Part shown: positions 33,098 to 41,366 of the stretch, in pieces | Numbering within the stretch: position 1 is the stretch's first letter | How the letters are laid out: every line of letters starts with the position of its first letter | Source: a virus | Length of the DNA: 42,474 bases | Reading direction: 5' to 3' (one strand) | Virus record (IMG/VR): IMGVR_UViG_3300030943_000055 | Notes under the pieces: generated by a model | The model's input: the letters and a program-made list of their open reading frames with translations, nothing else | Database searches by the model: none | What the model was told of the DNA's origin: nothing | Position numbers and translations under genes: made by a program

Positions 33098-33273
33098 AAG
33101 TAGTTCTCCCTTACTTTAATTACGTGCTTGACAACTTCGCTGTCTTCCCCTTGGTCTTTAACGAGTTTATTGATTAGCTTGTCCCATGTTGCCAATTCAT
33201 CTAGTGTTAACGTTGCACCGTACCTCCATGCTTTATCAAAATCTTCTAGTGTTGTCTTTTTTACATAGCTCAT
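33094..33273 (-). CDS. hypothetical 59-aa protein
   Basis: Just below the track cutoff. AAGGGAGA RBS. MSYVKKTTLEDFDKAWRYGATLTLDELATWDKLINKLVKDQGEDSEVVKHVIKVRENYL. ATGA overlap with the next gene. Confidence 0.6.
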   Translation of the reverse strand: MSYVKKTTLEDFDKAWRYGATLTLDELATWDKLINKLVKDQGEDSEVVKHVIKVRENYL

Positions 33274-33284
33274 ATCAATCTCCC

Positions 33285-33779
33285 TTATTTAGTCTTTAGT
33301 GGCATTAGTATACCGTAACCCGAGTTGTACCCTGTCTGCTTGTGTACCATTGCTCCGAGTATACCATTCAGCTTGAACGTTAACCCGTCACTCGCAAATA
33401 GTGCTTGAATCTTTTTGGCATAATCAGCGTTGAATCCAATTCTATCAGAATTAGCCCCGACTAGTGCTCTATCAACAGTCGTTGTTATATCTGGAAAGGT
33501 ATTATAACTGTATGTCATACCCTCTAGCAACTCTTCTGTTAAGTAGTCCTTGCCACTTGCCAACTTGTACCATGTCTCGATGTAACTACGGTGTATTGTA
33601 CGTCCCTGCAAGTTGTCATCCTCAACTTCTAGCATAAACATAACATAACCATCTGTTCCTGTTAAGTATAGTTTATCATTATACTTCAAAACTTTTGCAT
33701 TCTCGATTGCTGGTCTAGTATTATCTTTACTGATAATGTCTAGCATAGCCTTGACTTGTTGACGTTTTAGTTGTAGCAT
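33285..33779 (-). CDS. sliding-clamp (DnaN beta) domain-like protein, 164 aa
   Basis: KDNTRPAIENAKVLKYNDKLYLTGTDGYVMFM resembles the conserved clamp-domain pattern (...R..L.G......L.L.ATDG.RLA). Far shorter than a three-domain clamp. Confidence 0.35.
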   Translation of the reverse strand: MLQLKRQQVKAMLDIISKDNTRPAIENAKVLKYNDKLYLTGTDGYVMFMLEVEDDNLQGRTIHRSYIETWYKLASGKDYLTEELLEGMTYSYNTFPDITTTVDRALVGANSDRIGFNADYAKKIQALFASDGLTFKLNGILGAMVHKQTGYNSGYGILMPLKTK

Positions 33780-33948
33780 TATATATCCTCTCGTAAAGTT
33801 AATTCTCTTTCAATCTCTAGCAACTCCGTTAATTCATCCCAGTTGTTGCCATTAGGTGTGAACAAGTCTTTCAACTCCTCCGACCTCTGTATCAAATCTT
33901 CATCGTCCATTGCCACGTACGGTTTAGTTCTTACAAAGCCACCCATTA

Positions 33949-34116
33949 GATTATACCATTTTCCTTTAGTTCGTCAAGTAGTTCACCATCATCATCCACT
34001 GCACTAGCTAGTAGTCCAATAGCATCTTGCCACTGTGATAGTTCACCATAACTCAGACTCTGTGTGCTTGCCCAATCTTGCCAATCAATAGCAAAGTTCT
34101 TTACTGTATCGTACAT
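33949..34116 (-). CDS. 55-aa acidic mini-protein
   Basis: AAGGGAAG RBS. MYDTVKNFAIDWQDWASTQSLSYGELSQWQDAIGLLASAVDDDGELLDELKEKMV. Confidence 0.45.
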
Positions 34117-34137
34117 ATTATACTTCCCTTTCGTAAG

Positions 34138-34242
34138 TTAACTAGTGTATCTTCTACTGTTGTATCAATCTCGTCTTCTTTAAATGGTACTATCACATTC
34201 AAACCGTGATTGCCATCTTGATAAAAATTACCTTTTGCCATT
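34138..34242 (-). CDS. 34-aa mini-protein
   Basis: AAAGG RBS. MAKGNFYQDGNHGLNVIVPFKEDEIDTTVEDTLV. Confidence 0.35.
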
Positions 34243-34324
34243 GCTATTACCTTTCTTATTAGTTGTTTACTCTCTTAGTCTATCACGCCTCAACCCTATT
34301 GTCAAGGCTTTTATGTTGTGCTTT

Positions 34325-34804
34325 TTACAATTCTCTATACTGTATCTGATATTGTTCTGAATACTTGCCACCATTATAATCATTGCAACAAGTACCACAT
34401 GCTTTTGTAGCCCTTCGATAAGTTCTACCCCTGTTACCATGCTCTTGACAAAATGCCTGATATAGTGTACGTGGTTTACGTTCAACTGTATTTGTGTCAT
34501 TGCTACTATAGCATCTCTTGCCATCACCGCCAATCTCTAGCAGTTTAGCCTGCCATACTGTATCATGGTGATGTCCTTCTGTCAAGGCGTGTGCTATCTC
34601 ATGTAGTATAGTCAATCGTACTCTATCCTCATCGTTAATTTCAACGAGTTTAGTTGACAATTCTATCTTTCTACCGTATAGCATACTATGCCCATATCGT
34701 CCGAATGCACTTGTTAAATGAGGGTTCATCACAGCTTGCACTTCTGTTAATTTGTGTTCATCCATCATTTCACGTAGTAACTTATGTGCTTGCAATTTAT
34801 TCAT
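34325..34804 (-). CDS. SprT-like zinc metalloprotease domain protein
   Basis: LTILHEIAHAL is the HExxH motif, preceded by the SprT-type N-terminus (AFGRYGHS...I.LS). C-terminal Cys cluster CGTCCNDYNGG. Confidence 0.75.
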   Translation of the reverse strand: MNKLQAHKLLREMMDEHKLTEVQAVMNPHLTSAFGRYGHSMLYGRKIELSTKLVEINDEDRVRLTILHEIAHALTEGHHHDTVWQAKLLEIGGDGKRCYSSNDTNTVERKPRTLYQAFCQEHGNRGRTYRRATKACGTCCNDYNGGKYSEQYQIQYREL

Positions 34805-34815
34805 TTTATTATCCC

Positions 34816-35127
34816 CTATAGTTCATTGATATATTCAAACGTGCAACCGTTCAACTCTAGTGTATCACCCTCAGATGCTTTTGTCAAGAACTTTTTCAAT
34901 TCTTTTATATCACTATCATACCATCCGAAGCCACGTAGCCATTTACCAAAATACCTATTTGTTGTAGTGCTATAGTTATAATCACCACTGATAGTATATT
35001 TTACCCCTTGTTTTTTAGCAATAGTTGTGTTGTAACTCTGAAAAACTTCCGTGTCTCCGTCTCTGATAGTAAACTGATTATCTACTACATTACCAGAACG
35101 TGGACTAGTTAAATTGTCAACTTTCAT
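34816..35127 (-). CDS. hypothetical protein (103 aa), first sizeable early gene
   Basis: ORF at the head of the leftward block. Confidence 0.55.
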   Translation of the reverse strand: MKVDNLTSPRSGNVVDNQFTIRDGDTEVFQSYNTTIAKKQGVKYTISGDYNYSTTTNRYFGKWLRGFGWYDSDIKELKKFLTKASEGDTLELNGCTFEYINEL

Positions 35128-35190
35128 ATTATACCCTATCCATATTAATTGTCAATTTTAATCGTATCAATTCAAAGCGTAACCAATTCA

Positions 35191-35310
35191 TTATATAAAC
35201 CTCACGCTATTATCTGGACTTGTTAGCATTACAGCATCTTGTTGATATGTATCATCTTGTTTAGTATATTTAGCCTGTTCACATGTTGCATTTATTGTAT
35301 ATAGTTTCAT
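35191..35310 (-). CDS. 39-aa mini-protein
   Basis: MKLYTINATCEQAKYTKQDDTYQQDAVMLTSPDNSVRFI. An AAGG lies upstream, and the ORF sits downstream of the promoter at 35370-35398. Confidence 0.3.
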   Translation of the reverse strand: MKLYTINATCEQAKYTKQDDTYQQDAVMLTSPDNSVRFI

Positions 35311-35369
35311 AGTATATATAGCCTTATGCCTTTCTTGTTATTGTTATACTTGATTACTTAACTGTCTTT

Positions 35370-35398
35370 AGTATATAGGATGGTGTTCAATTTGTCAA
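35370..35398 (-). promoter_or_regulatory. sigma70-type early promoter
   Basis: TTGACA (35398-35393), 17 nt, TATACT (35375-35370). Confidence 0.55.
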
Positions 35399-35504
35399 TG
35401 CTTTTTTGTTGTATTATTTACGTTTGTTCTATGCCATAAGCAAAATGTGTAATATTTACAACAATATCACATAATCCCACAGATGTCAAACTCCGCTATC
35501 CCTG

Positions 35505-35681
35505 TTAGTTTTTGGTTATGTCCCAATATACCATATAGACGTATACACAGTAAACTATAGCTAATAGCATTATAGCACTCTGTATTATATTGAATTGTTC
35601 AACACTAAAGATGTTAACAAGTGTGTAAACACTTAATATCATTGCTATAATATGGTCTAGTATCATTCTCTTATTGTACAT
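35505..35681 (-). CDS. 58-aa hydrophobic (two-helix) mini-protein
   Basis: MYNKRMILDHIIAMILSVYTLVNIFSVEQFNIIQSAIMLLAIVYCVYVYMVYWDITKN. Weak RBS, and the AT-rich context makes a chance ORF possible. Confidence 0.3.
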   Translation of the reverse strand: MYNKRMILDHIIAMILSVYTLVNIFSVEQFNIIQSAIMLLAIVYCVYVYMVYWDITKN

Positions 35682-36280
35682 GTTATTATCTTTTCTCTTA
35701 CTATTTTTATATTCATTTGTTTATATTATCATTACCTTTTACCCTATTTAATTATCGGATAGCCGTTACAGTGATTAATTTATCATCTGTTATACTTTTA
35801 TATTACACCTCCCAATCATTTAATGCAATAGCTAGACGCAATTATGTGTTGTATCATTTACATTACTTGACTTACCTCTGTTATGTGTTCGGGTATGGAT
35901 GTCATATTCACGGGTTTATACTTAATAAGCGACCATATCAATAAGTTAGTTATAACATACTTCTTATGTTTGTCAAACCCCTTATGCTACGGCTTATTGC
36001 CCTAATGCTTATCACAACACACCATTGTGCTTATGTCAATACCATGTATTATTATGCTGTTTATAATGCTTATTGTTTTATTTATTATTTATGTTTTAGT
36101 ATGATGAGGTATAGGTGGGGTGGGGGAGGCTACAATTTGGTGTGGGGCTTTACCCATAATCTCAGAGAATATGTTCAGCCTAAATACACAAACACTGATT
36201 ATTTAAAAGGTATGTACTTCTGTAACAGATACAAAACGTCCCCCCTCAATGAAAGGTATGTATTAATTACAACATTACTA

Positions 36281-36309
36281 TTGACAAATCCACACAACTG
36301 TGATATAAT
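36281..36309 (+). promoter_or_regulatory. consensus late/rightward promoter; the transcript is probably leaderless
   Basis: TTGACA (36281-36286), 17 nt, TGaTATAAT (36304-36309). The ATG at 36317 lies 7 nt after the -10 and has no Shine-Dalgarno sequence. Confidence 0.7.
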
Positions 36310-36316
36310 ACTCTAC

Positions 36317-36685
36317 ATGAACATAGGAATAGATTTCTATGGGACTATAGATACAGCGGAGAACCAGTTTAAACGTCTTATACAGGACGCTAATGATAAT
36401 GGGGATACTGTCTCTATCATTAGTGCCATAGGTTATAATAACACTGACAGGCTGAGAGGCGATGCCAGAAGGTTCTTAGGAGTTGCGAAGCTAGTACCAG
36501 TATATACTAATACATATGCGGAACAGCCAATGGCAAAACTAAGGACGTGTAGCGTGATGGGTATCGACCTTATGATTGATAACCGAGCTGATACATGCCA
36601 GCTATTAAAACAAAAAGGTATAGATGCTATAGTCTATACAAATTGGAAGGACTTCAAAAAGAAATACGATGACTACAATGGATGA
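36317..36685 (+). CDS. HAD-superfamily-like protein (nucleotidase-like; motif I degenerate, DFYGT)
   Basis: MNIGIDFYGTID...LMIDNR. This is the in-frame 3' part of track ORF 35966-36685, whose 5' part contains the promoter. Confidence 0.4.
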   Translation: MNIGIDFYGTIDTAENQFKRLIQDANDNGDTVSIISAIGYNNTDRLRGDARRFLGVAKLVPVYTNTYAEQPMAKLRTCSVMGIDLMIDNRADTCQLLKQKGIDAIVYTNWKDFKKKYDDYNG

Positions 36686-37157
36686 AATAGAACTTAATAT
36701 TGAACCAGCTGAAGAGCCTGTTGTAACTAAAACAACAAAGCTAACTAAGCGTGGTAAAAAGTTCGGAGTCAGGAAGCTAGGGGAACGAGGAGTAACCGCT
36801 AACCAGTGGACTAACTCACCTCAGCAGAATGAGTTCTTACGATTTTACCTAGACCCAGAGCAACCTGAGACCTGGGGTAATGCTTATCTAGCAGCAACAA
36901 AGGCTGGATACTCAGAAAGCTACGCATCTCAGATTATGAGTGTAGCACCAATGTGGGTACAGCAAGCACAGAACATTGTTAAGCTGCAACCAGAGCATCT
37001 CAAACAAGCCCTAGCGAATATAGCTAGTAGTAAGTATGAGAAAGCCTCAGATAGAATACAAGCAATCAAACTACTTGGTATCGACCAGGGTATGTTTGTG
37101 CAGAAACAGCTTGTTGGACACGTCAATATAGAACAAGCCTTAAACGATTTGAGATAA
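36669..37157 (+). CDS. terS: terminase small subunit
   Basis: QQNEFLRFYLDPEQPETWGNAYLAATKAGYSESYA matches the Terminase_2-type motif (F...Y....NA..A...AGYS). Lies 0.5 kb upstream of terL. Confidence 0.8.
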   Translation: MTTMDEIELNIEPAEEPVVTKTTKLTKRGKKFGVRKLGERGVTANQWTNSPQQNEFLRFYLDPEQPETWGNAYLAATKAGYSESYASQIMSVAPMWVQQAQNIVKLQPEHLKQALANIASSKYEKASDRIQAIKLLGIDQGMFVQKQLVGHVNIEQALNDLR

Positions 37158-37158
37158 T

Positions 37159-37425
37159 ATGACCGATACAATAGGATTAATACACGCCCAGGACTATATA
37201 CAACAGCTATGCTTGAGTATTATAGATGACCTGGAAAATAATAACTTCTCATGGTATGGGACTGAACGGGGAGTCTTCTTGACTATTAATAGTCAGACTA
37301 AGTTTATTCCGAATGATGCCGATGAGGAAAAGGAAATAGAAGAGTTATGGAATCGAGTAAAGAAAACAACGTCACAGGCAAGCAGCCGTTCGACTTTAAA
37401 ATCAAAGCCCTCAAGCGAGAGCTAA
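37159..37425 (+). CDS. hypothetical protein (88 aa); possible upstream half of a -1 frameshift fusion
   Basis: The last 10 codons are low complexity and overlap the next ORF by 79 nt. Confidence 0.5.
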   Translation: MTDTIGLIHAQDYIQQLCLSIIDDLENNNFSWYGTERGVFLTINSQTKFIPNDADEEKEIEELWNRVKKTTSQASSRSTLKSKPSSES

Positions 37426-37586
37426 AAGCTGCAGGTATGCCGAAGAAACAACTGAATCAAACGGTTGCTATCTACAAGAAGAAAGTATATACAAAGGTTG
37501 CTGAAGTGAAAGCTAAGATGCAAGCCGAATATGATGAAAAACAAACAATTATGAAAGGAGTAACTGAAGATGCCACAGATAAATAA
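37347..37586 (+). CDS. hypothetical K/E-rich protein (79 aa), in the -1 frame relative to 37159..37425
   Basis: ORF in the -1 frame relative to 37159..37425. Confidence 0.5.
   Translation: MESSKENNVTGKQPFDFKIKALKRELKAAGMPKKQLNQTVAIYKKKVYTKVAEVKAKMQAEYDEKQTIMKGVTEDATDK
37395..37401 (+). other. second T_TTA_AAA heptamer in -1 frameshift register
   Basis: acT TTA AAA tca in the 37159 frame. The -1 reading (TTT AAA ATC AAA...) is the 37347 frame. A small hairpin GCCCTC-AAGC-GAGAGC starts 5 nt downstream. Confidence 0.35.
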
Positions 37587-37695
37587 AGTACAACTGTATA
37601 TCTGGGACGATAACCTATTGTTACTTAAAGACATAAAAAACAAGAGCAAGTTAGTTAACTTACTGCTTCAAAAGTACCGTAGCGAGATTAAGTAA
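37570..37695 (+). CDS. 41-aa protein, possibly ribbon-helix-helix-like
   Basis: AAAGGAG RBS. MPQINKVQLYIWDDNLLLLKDIKNKSKLVNLLLQKYRSEIK. Its stop overlaps the terL ATG. Confidence 0.5.
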   Translation: MPQINKVQLYIWDDNLLLLKDIKNKSKLVNLLLQKYRSEIK

Positions 37696-39428
37696 TGGAT
37701 GAGTTCCAACTGACGGAGGAACAACGACAAAAGATATTGGACATCAGTAAGGACTTCTATAGGTTCTCTGATAATAACCTATGGATTAGGACAAAGACAG
37801 GCGAAATCATCAAGTTTGTGGCTAATAAACCACAGAAAGCATTGATTGATTACGTCATATATTGTCTTTTGCACAACATTCCTATCCGTGTTATCGTTCT
37901 AAAAGCTCGTCAGATGGGGCTATCGACAGCTATTGAGGCACTTGGATACTGGTGGAACTCCACTAATAAGAACCAAACTGCCATCATTATCGGGCACGAA
38001 GACGCTTCTGCTCGCAACCTTTACCGTATGTTCCGTAGGTATTACGACAATAGTAATCCTATTTTTAAGCCAAGTATTAAATACAACACTAAATCTGACT
38101 TGACATTTGAACGATACGATGACCAAGGTAATCAGGTGGGGCTAGGCTCGGTCATTAAGACTGCAACAGCCAAGAACACCAGTGCTGGTAGGTCTGACAC
38201 AGCTCAGTTTCTACACGCCTCGGAGGTTGGTGAATGGGAGAACGGTGAAGAACTTATCGCCTCGCTCATGCAAACTATCCCTTACTTGCCAAGGACATTT
38301 ATATTCCTAGAATCTACAGCTAAAGGTAAGGGAAACTACTTCCACAAAGAGTGGCGTAATGCTGAGAAGGGTTTGAACAACTTCATTCCATTCTTTTTCC
38401 CTTGGTGGTTGATTGATGAGTATGAACACTATGACGATGAAGAAATAGGCGAACTATCAGAGTATGAGAACTTCCTTATTGACTTGTTCAAAAAAGGATT
38501 TGATACATGGTCTGGTGAACACTACGAAGTAACAGAAGAACAATTCATTCCTAAGATTAAGTTCTATAGGAATAAGTCAAAAGACTTTGCATCTGACCCA
38601 GCTCGTATGTTCCAGGAGTATCCTAGCATCGCCAATGAAGCCTTTGTTGCTTCAGGTGCTAACGTATTCCCAGTATTGAAACTATCTGAGATGGAAATAA
38701 AGTGTCTTGAACTAGATGCTTATGAATATTACAATCTACTTACTGGTGAAAGCCATGAAGATTTTGTTCTCGAGAGATTTGATTATGACCCTAATGTTGA
38801 AGACTTCAGCTATGTTGCTCCGCTAAAGATATTTGAGATGCCACTTCCTGGGCACGAATATGCTATTGGTGGTGACGTTGCAGAAGGTTTGAAGCATGGT
38901 GACTATTCAGTAGCCGAAGTTGTAGACCAATCTACAATGAAGACAGTCGCTCGGTGGAGAGGCAAGTGTGACCCTGACAGGTTTGGGGAAATACTCGGTG
39001 CTCTCGGTGCTCTGTATAACTATGCACTTATTGGTGTAGAGGTAAACAACCATGGGCTTACAACAGTCCAGAAGTTGCGAGATACTTTCTATACTAACCT
39101 ATACAAGCGAGACAGAGGATATGATGAAGACTTTGAAGAGCCTACATCTAATCTCGGTTGGAAAACGGATGTCCGTACTAAGCGTCTAGCAATAGATGAT
39201 TTAATTAGACTTATCCGTGAAGAACTCAATGAGGATTTAGACATTGTATTTGTCGAAGAAGCATTTGCTTTCGTTCGTGATGAACGTGGGCGTATGAATG
39301 CTGAAGAAGGCGAACACGATGACACGGTAATGGCTAAGGCTATTACATTCCAACTATTTCCTTGGGGAGACAACGACATTACAAAATTGAAAGTAATAAA
39401 GAAACTAAAGAAAAGTAAGGTAAAATAA
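37695..39428 (+). CDS. terL: terminase large subunit
   Basis: 577 aa. Walker-A-like VLKARQMGLSTA. Acidic nuclease-domain motifs lie near the C-terminus (GEHDDTVMA). Immediately followed by the portal gene. Confidence 0.85.
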   Translation: MDEFQLTEEQRQKILDISKDFYRFSDNNLWIRTKTGEIIKFVANKPQKALIDYVIYCLLHNIPIRVIVLKARQMGLSTAIEALGYWWNSTNKNQTAIIIGHEDASARNLYRMFRRYYDNSNPIFKPSIKYNTKSDLTFERYDDQGNQVGLGSVIKTATAKNTSAGRSDTAQFLHASEVGEWENGEELIASLMQTIPYLPRTFIFLESTAKGKGNYFHKEWRNAEKGLNNFIPFFFPWWLIDEYEHYDDEEIGELSEYENFLIDLFKKGFDTWSGEHYEVTEEQFIPKIKFYRNKSKDFASDPARMFQEYPSIANEAFVASGANVFPVLKLSEMEIKCLELDAYEYYNLLTGESHEDFVLERFDYDPNVEDFSYVAPLKIFEMPLPGHEYAIGGDVAEGLKHGDYSVAEVVDQSTMKTVARWRGKCDPDRFGEILGALGALYNYALIGVEVNNHGLTTVQKLRDTFYTNLYKRDRGYDEDFEEPTSNLGWKTDVRTKRLAIDDLIRLIREELNEDLDIVFVEEAFAFVRDERGRMNAEEGEHDDTVMAKAITFQLFPWGDNDITKLKVIKKLKKSKVK

Positions 39429-41365
39429 TGGCTAAGAAAAGCTATCAAGAAACGCCAAAACTTACAGAAGCTGATATGGGTAAAGACCCAGTATTAGTAT
39501 CTGTCATGGGCGACTTCAATAGTGCCAGAGGCTATGTAAAAGACAACTACCAATCAATTTGGGAAGATTGTTTTAAGGCTTACAATGCTATCCGCACAAG
39601 ACGAGGCTATTCAGGTGTCGCAGATGACTTCATTCCAGAAGTATTCTCTATCGTTGAATCACTCAAGGCTGCCATTGCTGGTAGCAAACCTAAGTTCAAG
39701 TACATGCCACTTGACGAGGAACAAGAACAAGATACTGAGGCGTTGAATGCACTAGTAGAATACTACTGGTCTTGCAATAACATGACAGAAAAGACGCTCA
39801 ACTGGGTAGGTGATATGATTATCTATGGCAATGGTATCTTCATGGTAAACTGGGATACGACTATGCCGTATATCTGCCACATACCACTGTCTGACTTCTT
39901 CGTAGACCCTACTGGTACTCACCTTAACCGTCCAGAGGAACGTGGTTACGCAAAGTTTGCTGGCTATCGTTACCTTACTAGTCTATCTCAGCTTAAAGCT
40001 AAGAAGATGTTTGATGTTAAAACTGGCGAGCTTGTATCTATGTACAAAAACCTCGACCAAGTTGATGGAAGTAAAGTAGCAGATGAATCTGATGATACTG
40101 ATAAGACTCGTAAGGAACAATTACTTGGTTCTACGCTAGGTAAAGATGCCGCTAATAAGCAAGTCGAAATCATTGAATACTACTCAGCTAAGAAAAAGAT
40201 TATCATTGCTAACCGTAGTGTTGTAATCTATGATGGTGAGAATCCGTTCCAACGTGCAGAAAAGAAAGTTACTGATATTATAGTCGTTAACGGTCAACCA
40301 CAGAAATCTACTCATACCATTCCTGGTATCCAAGGATTCCTACCGTTCGCCATCCTACGAAACTATACCGACTCTAACCTGTTCTATGCTCGTGGAGATG
40401 TTGAAGTTCTTATCCCTATGCAGGAAGCACTCAACGATACTAGTTCCCAGAAGCGAGACAACCTTGCTTATGCTCTTAACAACATGTGGCAAATCGACCC
40501 TCGGTTCAAACACCTTGCAGAGCAAATTGAATCAATGCCAGGTGCAGTGTTCCCAATTCCAAAGGGTGCTCTTACTCCGATTGATAAACAAGATGTCAGC
40601 CCAGCTGCAGACACAGAAATCTCACGACTCACTCAGGCTATGCGAACCGCAAGTGCTGCAGATGCTGCCGTACAAGGTGTATCACAGAAGTTCTCACGAA
40701 CAACTGCTACAGAGATTTCAGCACAGCTCAACCAAGCAAGCACACGATTCACAACTAAGATTCAAAACTTAGAAGATGAAGGATTTGCACAGCTTGCTCG
40801 TATTCTATACAAGTGTATCCAGATATTTGTTACCAAGGAGATTGCAGTACGCATCACTGGTAAGACTGGTACAAGTTGGAAAGACTACAACCCAGACCGC
40901 TACACTGGTGAATACCAACCTCGAGTTATCCTAGAAGCAACAGCACACGCTGAAGCGTCACAGATGGCACAGGCGGTACAGGTAGCAGCACAATTCGGTA
41001 TGAATAACCCATTGGTTAACCAAGAAGTTCTATTGCGTAAAATCTTTACCAGTATCTTCCCAGATTCTCCAAAGGATGACATAGATGAATTGCTTACTCC
41101 TCCAGCTCCTCCAGTAATGGGTGGTGATGGTCAGGCAGTAGACCCATCGTTAACACAGAATCCTAACACTCAGGTTATGCCTGGAGGTGCAGATGCTATT
41201 ATTAACGGAACAGGTGCTCCAATGGGTGCAACCGCTCGGGGCAAAGCCACACAAAGTGGTTCGCAAGGTGGTGGAGGTGCAGGTACGTCAGTTGGAAACA
41301 ACCCACGTCCTCGTGCATCGCAACCAAGCACAACACTACAAACTAGGGTAACACCAGGAAAGTAA
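39428..41365 (+). CDS. portal protein (645 aa) with a G/Q/P-rich C-terminal tail
   Basis: Start overlaps the terL stop. Size and position fit a portal. The disordered C-terminus resembles the tails of podovirus portals. Confidence 0.75.
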   Translation: MAKKSYQETPKLTEADMGKDPVLVSVMGDFNSARGYVKDNYQSIWEDCFKAYNAIRTRRGYSGVADDFIPEVFSIVESLKAAIAGSKPKFKYMPLDEEQEQDTEALNALVEYYWSCNNMTEKTLNWVGDMIIYGNGIFMVNWDTTMPYICHIPLSDFFVDPTGTHLNRPEERGYAKFAGYRYLTSLSQLKAKKMFDVKTGELVSMYKNLDQVDGSKVADESDDTDKTRKEQLLGSTLGKDAANKQVEIIEYYSAKKKIIIANRSVVIYDGENPFQRAEKKVTDIIVVNGQPQKSTHTIPGIQGFLPFAILRNYTDSNLFYARGDVEVLIPMQEALNDTSSQKRDNLAYALNNMWQIDPRFKHLAEQIESMPGAVFPIPKGALTPIDKQDVSPAADTEISRLTQAMRTASAADAAVQGVSQKFSRTTATEISAQLNQASTRFTTKIQNLEDEGFAQLARILYKCIQIFVTKEIAVRITGKTGTSWKDYNPDRYTGEYQPRVILEATAHAEASQMAQAVQVAAQFGMNNPLVNQEVLLRKIFTSIFPDSPKDDIDELLTPPAPPVMGGDGQAVDPSLTQNPNTQVMPGGADAIINGTGAPMGATARGKATQSGSQGGGGAGTSVGNNPRPRASQPSTTLQTRVTPGK

Positions 41366-41366
41366 T

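Noticed and set aside
35966-36316. 5' two-thirds of the 239-aa track ORF 35966-36685 (and ORF 35717-35944)
   Set aside because: The translation is Y/C/I/M-rich, as expected from AT-rich DNA. It contains a G-run and a complete consensus promoter (36281-36309) inside it. The HAD-like homology begins only at Met118 (36317).
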